IMG/VR virus record: IMGVR_UViG_3300009370_001221
Span: 171,364 to 235,363 of that record
Reading direction: 5' to 3' (one strand)
Length of the DNA stretch: 64,000 nucleotides
The translations under genes were made by a program, and so were the position numbers. Numbering within the stretch: position 1 is the first letter of the stretch; each line of letters begins with the position of its first letter. The notes beneath the pieces are model-generated. The model was not told where the DNA came from, did not search any database, and saw nothing but the letters and a program-made list of their open reading frames with translations. Shown piece after piece: positions 58,131-64,000 of the stretch.

Positions 58131-58945
58131 GCAAAATCATTACCAAATATATTTTCTGATACCCACGCATAAAACGGTGTTTTAAATTTTAATTCCCACT
58201 TACCGTTCAAACTAATAGTAGCATCATTAGGTATATGATGTATTAATCTATCTCCCTCTACATATAAGTTAGGGTTATTGGCATTGTCTACTATAAAAAA
58301 TATATCTTTTGTACAATCATAATATAAGTTTTTCCCTTTAATTATGTAACCACTATCACTGACATAATATCCAGTATATTGTTTAAACTCTCCAGTAACA
58401 TTGTTAAATACTCGTGGATTGTTTCCTTGTACTCCGCTATGTCTAAAATTCAATAGTCTAAAATCTTCAACAATAAACACTTCTCCACGTTTATGCCGGC
58501 CGCGTCTATTGTCGTTATTAATTTGATTATAAATGTAATATGGATTGCCAGTACAATCTAAATATATATGCCCACGCCTGTGTATTAAATCACATAAATC
58601 TACACCGCATATATCTAAATATTTTATATGAATACCAAAGTTGCTTTTCAGATAGTCATCAGGATATACACCATTAGTATGTTCTATAACTAATGTGTAA
58701 TCATTCTCTATGCTTTCGTCTATATCTATTTTAAATTTATAAAACTCTGTATAAAATGAAGAGATTATTTCTTTATTGTACTGATTACCTATGTGTGGTA
58801 ATTGTTCTATAGGGTTGTCTGGACGACTCCAGCCTGCTAGTGTTTCTCCACGTACTACTTTGTCATTACATAGTACATAGAATTTTAAATTAGGTTTTTT
58901 GTCTCCATTCGCATCATAGGTGACACTAAAATGAAACGTAAACAT
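58127..58945 (-). CDS. hypothetical protein (paralogue family)
   Basis: C-terminal NG.W.L.F.TPFY.W. Confidence 0.6.
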   Translation of the reverse strand: MFTFHFSVTYDANGDKKPNLKFYVLCNDKVVRGETLAGWSRPDNPIEQLPHIGNQYNKEIISSFYTEFYKFKIDIDESIENDYTLVIEHTNGVYPDDYLKSNFGIHIKYLDICGVDLCDLIHRRGHIYLDCTGNPYYIYNQINNDNRRGRHKRGEVFIVEDFRLLNFRHSGVQGNNPRVFNNVTGEFKQYTGYYVSDSGYIIKGKNLYYDCTKDIFFIVDNANNPNLYVEGDRLIHHIPNDATISLNGKWELKFKTPFYAWVSENIFGNDFA

Positions 58946-58946
58946 A

Positions 58947-59525
58947 TTACTGCAATAATAGTTCTAATAACCAAAGATATAATGGTGTTTTAAATGTAAA
59001 ACTATATGATGATTCTGGCATATGTACATAATCACCATTAGTTATATAATGATATCTACCATCTATTAATTTTAAATTACTATCTAAACCTTCTGGAATA
59101 AGATATGATTGAATGAATCCGTCATCAGCATAATCTTCTTCTTTACATAAAGGAACGTCAAGAACACCATTCTCGTGAACTAAATTTTCAACTGATATTT
59201 CATTTAATTCTATATCTGTAACATAAATTCCCCACTCATCGTGTAATGGTATATTTTCATTATCTAATTTAATACTTAACTTAATATCTTGATCAACATC
59301 ATCATCTATATCTAAATTAAATTTAACTTCGACAAGTTCACCTGAATGATATTCTGAATGAACTTTCGGTTGTACATCTATTGGTTGATTTAAAATAACA
59401 TTTTCTTTATGTTTAACATCATTTACAGATATTGTGATTATAGGATCTAAAGTTTCATTTTTATTTTCATATAAAATATTATTTACTTTAAAAAAAATTG
59501 AAATGGGAAAAGTTTCTGTAGTCAT
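58947..59525 (-). CDS. hypothetical protein (paralogue family)
   Basis: C-terminal Y.F.F.TPLYLW. Confidence 0.6.
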   Translation of the reverse strand: MTTETFPISIFFKVNNILYENKNETLDPIITISVNDVKHKENVILNQPIDVQPKVHSEYHSGELVEVKFNLDIDDDVDQDIKLSIKLDNENIPLHDEWGIYVTDIELNEISVENLVHENGVLDVPLCKEEDYADDGFIQSYLIPEGLDSNLKLIDGRYHYITNGDYVHMPESSYSFTFKTPLYLWLLELLLQ

Positions 59526-59543
59526 GTTATTATTTATTTTGTC

Positions 59544-59576
59544 AAAAAAATACGGCCAAAAAATGACCGTATTTTT
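59544..59576 (-). terminator. intrinsic terminator (possibly bidirectional)
   Basis: ACGGTCA-TTTT-TGGCCGT stem followed by T7 on minus; T5 tract on plus. Confidence 0.75.
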
Positions 59577-59595
59577 AAGTACTTAAAAATTTTTG

Positions 59596-60150
59596 TTAGT
59601 CAGCATGAACTGCATCGTACCAATTTATGTAAGGACATGAGAATTCTAATATCCAACATCCATTACCTTTAACTTTATAACTGGACCAGTCACTTACACT
59701 GTAACTAGTTTCGCCATTACCAATATCTTCGTTGACTTGACCGGTATGATTAAACTCACCGGCATCTATCAATGCTTGAAAACCTGCATCGAGAATGTTA
59801 TATACTTTAATTGAATCATTAATGTTGCCATCTGCTGGTGTATGTGCTGAGCCACTTAATTCAACCCCAACTAATTCAATTATTGGGGTTTCATAAAGCG
59901 GTTCTCCGGTTTCAGCATTTAATCTTTCTACTACATTAATTCGAATTTTATGATCTCCTATACCGTCACACATTGACTCGTTAATTTCATACCATAGTGT
60001 TGCTTGTTTTTCAGGATGCTCTCCATCATCAATTAATGGAGATGCTGAAATTCGGCGTGATTCTACTTTGGCACCATCTAAGTACATTATCAAATCACAT
60101 GCTGTAGTTTCTGACAGCATTTCAAAATCAAACTTAATCCATTCACTCAT
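59596..60150 (-). CDS. hypothetical protein (paralogue family)
   Basis: C-terminal GNG.W.LEF.CPY..W. Confidence 0.6.
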   Translation of the reverse strand: MSEWIKFDFEMLSETTACDLIMYLDGAKVESRRISASPLIDDGEHPEKQATLWYEINESMCDGIGDHKIRINVVERLNAETGEPLYETPIIELVGVELSGSAHTPADGNINDSIKVYNILDAGFQALIDAGEFNHTGQVNEDIGNGETSYSVSDWSSYKVKGNGCWILEFSCPYINWYDAVHAD

Positions 60151-60254
60151 TTTGTTTATTCCTCTATAAATGTTTTCGCGAAAACCAATCGGAATTGGAA
60201 TATATTATATTTTTAACACATCAACACCTGCGCCAGTGTGATGTCTTGTATTTA

Positions 60255-61040
60255 TCAAAGTAATTTAATTATATTAGAGACGAAATTAGTAGTAGTCAGT
60301 ATATCATAATGATGAGCGTCTCTTGCTAGATCACATTGCCTACAGTAAACAAAATTACTTTGCACATAATCTAAAATTTTTTCGTATAGCATTAGAATAT
60401 TAGCTTTACCCGGGTGGTCATTTGGATAATCATTTAATACATCTTGTATACATTCCTCAATAGCAGATATATCCATTGCTGGATCAGGTATTATTGATTG
60501 TATTATTTTAGTAGTATTAAAAGTGTCAATATTATTAAGTATTGTTAGAAAATCTTTAAAATATTGAATATTATGTTTATATCCTTTATCTTTTAAACGA
60601 CGATCTTCATCTTGTAAAGATATATCAGTATGTTCTCCCCGCCATATATAACTCCAATGAATTATTATTATTTCAGGATTTACTTCTTCAATTATTCTTT
60701 TTGTTTTCCTTAATATCCAATCATTACTACCACCGTCTAAACTTATATTAATACAACGCCTTTTAATTTTTTGTTGTAAAACATTAACCCAACAATGCTC
60801 AATTGGAGCACCTAAACCAACAGTAAAACTATCACCAACACACCAGATTGCTTTTTTTAAATCTTCAATATTATCTGGCCATTCTGTATCTCTGAATCCT
60901 CTTGAATTATAATTATAGGAAACTTTATAAGGATAGTTGTTAAAATGTTTTTTATTATAACACCATTTTGGACTATCTGTACCACTATACTTCCAAACTT
61001 TATTTTGTCGGGTTTGTAATATAAAATCTGGTAAAATCAT
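60255..61040 (-). CDS. SGNH-like protein
   Basis: Y.YNSRGFRD, VGDSFTVG, RD.HHY. Confidence 0.65.
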   Translation of the reverse strand: MILPDFILQTRQNKVWKYSGTDSPKWCYNKKHFNNYPYKVSYNYNSRGFRDTEWPDNIEDLKKAIWCVGDSFTVGLGAPIEHCWVNVLQQKIKRRCINISLDGGSNDWILRKTKRIIEEVNPEIIIIHWSYIWRGEHTDISLQDEDRRLKDKGYKHNIQYFKDFLTILNNIDTFNTTKIIQSIIPDPAMDISAIEECIQDVLNDYPNDHPGKANILMLYEKILDYVQSNFVYCRQCDLARDAHHYDILTTTNFVSNIIKLL

Positions 61041-61049
61041 TTAATTAAA

Positions 61050-62165
61050 TTACTCATTACTTAATAATTTTGGAGTGCTACCAATATCATACCAATCTAA
61101 TAATTCTGCTTTTGTTGATTTATGTAACTCATCTATTTCCATAGTTGGGTAATCATTTTTATCTGCCCATTCATTATACCATATTAAGCATTCATTAAAA
61201 TTTTTAATTAATAACTTTTTTTCGGCCATAGTTTGAAGTTTAATAGGTACGCCAGTTATTATTGTTCTATTTTCAACTAATTCGTCAATACGTTTATATG
61301 TTTTAACATATTTTACGCCATTGTCATTAAGAAATTTTTGTTCTGTTACTGGTAAATTATTATAGAATTTTTTTAATATAGGCAAATTTGAATCTATATC
61401 AGAAATTTCTTGTTGCCCTTCTAATAATTTTGGTAGATCGGCAAAAATTAAATCACTACTTAATTTATGGCATTTATTCCAATCATGCCAATTTATTCCA
61501 AATATGTCTTCCCAATTTTTATGTTTCTTATTTGACATGAAATCTAAATTAGAAATATATAGATCTATATCTCTAATATGGTCTTCATAGATAAAAAAAC
61601 TATTAACATTAAAGTATAAATGAGACCATTCAACATAACTTTTATATGCATTTAAATAACTAATAAATATTTGATCTGGAATAGTGACTTTATCCTTGTA
61701 AATACCACTTATTTTTTCTAAACGGCTTCTGTGTGAATAAACATTTAACGTACTAGTAGTAGCGTGAATACCCCAACTTAATGCATATTCAAAGACATTT
61801 TTACGTTGAGCCGCTATAATGTAAAAGTTTTCATTAAGATATTCGTATAACTTATTTTGATCATTAATTGAATCTTTGCGTTTTTGAATATGATAATGAG
61901 CTAACCGACTAGTTTTATAATGATCAACACTATCTAATATTTTTACTACATCTGGTAGTGTTTGCCAATAACCCCACGAGTCACCTATTGGTTTTCCAAC
62001 CATTGTTTGATTATATGTTTCAGAAAAATAAGAAACAATACCATTTGTTAACTCATGTAAATTAATAACTGGTCTATCAAAACCAGCTTCTACCATATGT
62101 ATAGTTAATATCCGTTGAAGTAATGTTGAGCCTACTCTATCTGGAGTTAAAATTACGACATTCAT
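61050..62165 (-). CDS. sulfotransferase-like P-loop protein
   Basis: ILTPDRVGSTLL; R.N.FE.ALSW. Confidence 0.5.
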   Translation of the reverse strand: MNVVILTPDRVGSTLLQRILTIHMVEAGFDRPVINLHELTNGIVSYFSETYNQTMVGKPIGDSWGYWQTLPDVVKILDSVDHYKTSRLAHYHIQKRKDSINDQNKLYEYLNENFYIIAAQRKNVFEYALSWGIHATTSTLNVYSHRSRLEKISGIYKDKVTIPDQIFISYLNAYKSYVEWSHLYFNVNSFFIYEDHIRDIDLYISNLDFMSNKKHKNWEDIFGINWHDWNKCHKLSSDLIFADLPKLLEGQQEISDIDSNLPILKKFYNNLPVTEQKFLNDNGVKYVKTYKRIDELVENRTIITGVPIKLQTMAEKKLLIKNFNECLIWYNEWADKNDYPTMEIDELHKSTKAELLDWYDIGSTPKLLSNE

Positions 62166-62809
62166 ATTAAATTAGAGTCTCCTTTAAACATATAAGAGCC
62201 ATAATGTCCTAAAACAATAGATTTATCTAGATGTATACTGCCTCCCAATCGTTTCCACAAATGACAAAAACCATAATCCTCGCTCAAATAATGTCCATTT
62301 ACTAACATTGTGTCGAATAATGCATAGCATAAGTCATTATATTTTGGTTCCAAACCAATTATGTTTTTATATTTTTTAAGTGGATACTCATCAAACATTT
62401 TTTGTATTACTTCACGTTTAATCATTAAAAACCCTGTACCAATATCATGTACCTCCACCACTTCTCCTGTTTGTTCTGGCACGGCATTAACAACAAAATC
62501 TATAGGAAGAGATTTTTTAGGGTAAGTACCACCTATAATATCTTTATCAAGACTTGCCAATTTAAGAACAGAACTTGCTTGCCATTCAATGTCAGCATCA
62601 ATAAACATTAAATGAGTAGCGGCAAGGTTACCCATCATAAATGCCACACAAGTATTTCGAGCCCGCGTAACAAGGCTTTCATTAAATAGTGTAGATATAG
62701 AATAGGGAATGCCCATACGAGACAACAGCATCTGTTGCCTGGTGTATGAGCGGAAAGTGGGCTCGCTTATTTGTCCGTTATAGCACGGAGTACAGAAATG
62801 TATATGCAC
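62162..62809 (-). CDS. GT-A (GT2-like) glycosyltransferase
   Basis: SLV.RARN, FIDAD, GTGF..IKR, SEDY.FC. Confidence 0.78.
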   Translation of the reverse strand: MHIHFCTPCYNGQISEPTFRSYTRQQMLLSRMGIPYSISTLFNESLVTRARNTCVAFMMGNLAATHLMFIDADIEWQASSVLKLASLDKDIIGGTYPKKSLPIDFVVNAVPEQTGEVVEVHDIGTGFLMIKREVIQKMFDEYPLKKYKNIIGLEPKYNDLCYALFDTMLVNGHYLSEDYGFCHLWKRLGGSIHLDKSIVLGHYGSYMFKGDSNLI

Positions 62810-62819
62810 CTAGTACTTA

Positions 62820-63644
62820 TCAGGTGCGTACCTTTACTCTGTTAATCATTGTTTCTTTGCCGCCGTTATATTTGCTTACTTCATGGCTTTTAACAAAACC
62901 AGCAATCTCAAATTTATCACCTGGTTCGCTATCCTTTGCAAAATCGTGGGTAAAGAATTTTACAACATTCTTATCTTCATCAATACAAGTGACAATTGTA
63001 CAATCATGTGTAGGAATGTAACGAGTGCTTACTACCTCAAGGTCAAAATTACATCTTTTACCCTGTGTGCCGACATAGTCGCTAACATCAGCAAGGTCAC
63101 GCTCTACCTCAGCGGCCTTATCCCATTTTTTAGCATTGTAAAATGCTTTGGGTAATGATGCTACCAAGCCAAATTCATTAATTGGTACCTGCTCCTCGTT
63201 TATAACTTTGAGGATTTTTTTATTAAAATCACTCATTTTGCCGCTTAACTGCTTAAACAGCAATCCCTGAAAGTAGGAGGTTATATCCTCTGCCAATTCC
63301 TTATCTTTGGCAGTAATTTTTACCTCTTTGCCATGCTGGATGTCATCATATGCAAGAACCATATGATCTCTGTTTGCCATCATTATAACACGATCCACGT
63401 TATTTGATATGCCCTTCTGATGCGCCTGGTGTTTTTCATACTTCGCATCTAATGCGGCATAGTATGCTTCCTGGCTCTTAACGTGAGTTCGTTTATTCAA
63501 ACGATATGCAACACAGGATAATTGAATAGCCAGTGGGGTTTCAACCATTGCTTCGTTTTTACGATGCATACGGTAAATTTTACCAGCACCCAACGTATCA
63601 CGTTTAAAACAATGATTACGATCTTTTGGTTTTACGTGAGCCAT
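62820..63644 (-). CDS. hypothetical protein with C-terminal OB-fold-like region (start MAHVKP)
   Basis: YVG..G.R.......V.....I...........D......F...G.VK.H...G.K.T.INRV. Confidence 0.6.
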   Translation of the reverse strand: MAHVKPKDRNHCFKRDTLGAGKIYRMHRKNEAMVETPLAIQLSCVAYRLNKRTHVKSQEAYYAALDAKYEKHQAHQKGISNNVDRVIMMANRDHMVLAYDDIQHGKEVKITAKDKELAEDITSYFQGLLFKQLSGKMSDFNKKILKVINEEQVPINEFGLVASLPKAFYNAKKWDKAAEVERDLADVSDYVGTQGKRCNFDLEVVSTRYIPTHDCTIVTCIDEDKNVVKFFTHDFAKDSEPGDKFEIAGFVKSHEVSKYNGGKETMINRVKVRT

Positions 63645-63717
63645 TTTACCATTTCCTGTCTGGAGCAAATGTCATTTCAGTTTTCATCTGGTTTGTTCTC
63701 TTGTTTAGTTTCCTGTA

Positions 63718-63822
63718 ACAGTTTTTATCTGCATCTCGTTCTTGGGCACTATCCCTATACGCAACTTAATCGTGGCTAATAGTACTTGCTAACGACAGAC
63801 CGGGTAACTGAAAACCGGAAAA
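63718..63822 (-). ncRNA. putative structured RNA, copy 2 (family not recognised)
   Basis: near-identical to 40704..40809 with pairing-compatible substitutions. Confidence 0.6.
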
Positions 63823-64000
63823 GTTAATTTTTTGTTTACTGCCTTCCCGACCGCCATTCCAGCGGCTATTGAAACAAGTATGTCAAGCCAACTCATTTTA
63901 TACTGCTCCCTGGATCGCACGATCCCAGTAGGTGTCATACATCACGTGGCGTCTCAGTCCAAACGCCTCCATCTCATCGTCTTCCAAGTCGATCTCGTAT

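Noticed and set aside
89-63779. Many short antisense or overlapping ORFs in the ORF track (e.g. 22538..23041, 13862..14200, 55161..55655, 49393..49833)
   Set aside because: They lie opposite well-supported genes and have no recognisable motifs; shadow ORFs.
1-64000. tRNA, tmRNA or rRNA genes
   Set aside because: No cloverleaf with a GTTCRA T-arm spotted by eye in intergenic spaces; a tRNAscan/ARAGORN run is needed to exclude them firmly.
1-64000. Stop-codon reassignment (alternative genetic code)
   Set aside because: Conserved genes (pol, folE, thyX, guaC) are full-length under the standard code, and TAA, TAG and TGA all terminate genes.

Overview
A 64-kb segment of a large lytic dsDNA tailed-phage genome of T4-like type, probably from an aquatic environment. 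The core markers are a family-B DNA polymerase (gp43-like), a sliding clamp (gp45-like), RNase H, a gp4-like head-completion nuclease, ThyX and TATAAATA-type late-promoter motifs. I found no integrase, tRNA or CRISPR array. Left part (1-14.7 kb): glycan/small-molecule tailoring genes (SGNH-like paralogues, carbamoyltransferase, sulfotransferase-like, radical SAM, a 1073-aa repeat/GT-A-like protein, amino-sugar enzymes). Middle (15-36 kb): mostly minus-strand accessory genes (DNA MTase, FG-GAP beta-barrel protein, MoxR/VWA pair, nucleases, PurN), several behind a conserved promoter box. Right part: a 7-deazaguanine DNA-modification cluster beside the replication genes. It has folE, queD, queE, a TGT-fold dpdA and an LxxxHRHxF T-fold protein, with no queC/queF visible, and is interleaved with a GT-B glycosyltransferase, a cupin, a PRTase and an amidinotransferase. 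Main highlights: (1) this unusual deazaguanine cluster; (2) a shared C-terminal FxxLF clamp-binding-like peptide on the polymerase, DpdA and the DNA MTase; (3) a ~105-nt two-copy element whose substitutions fit an RNA structure; (4) a putative virion polyprotein carrying ART-like, kinase and Cys-hydrolase domains. All assignments come from motif recognition by eye; no database searches were run.
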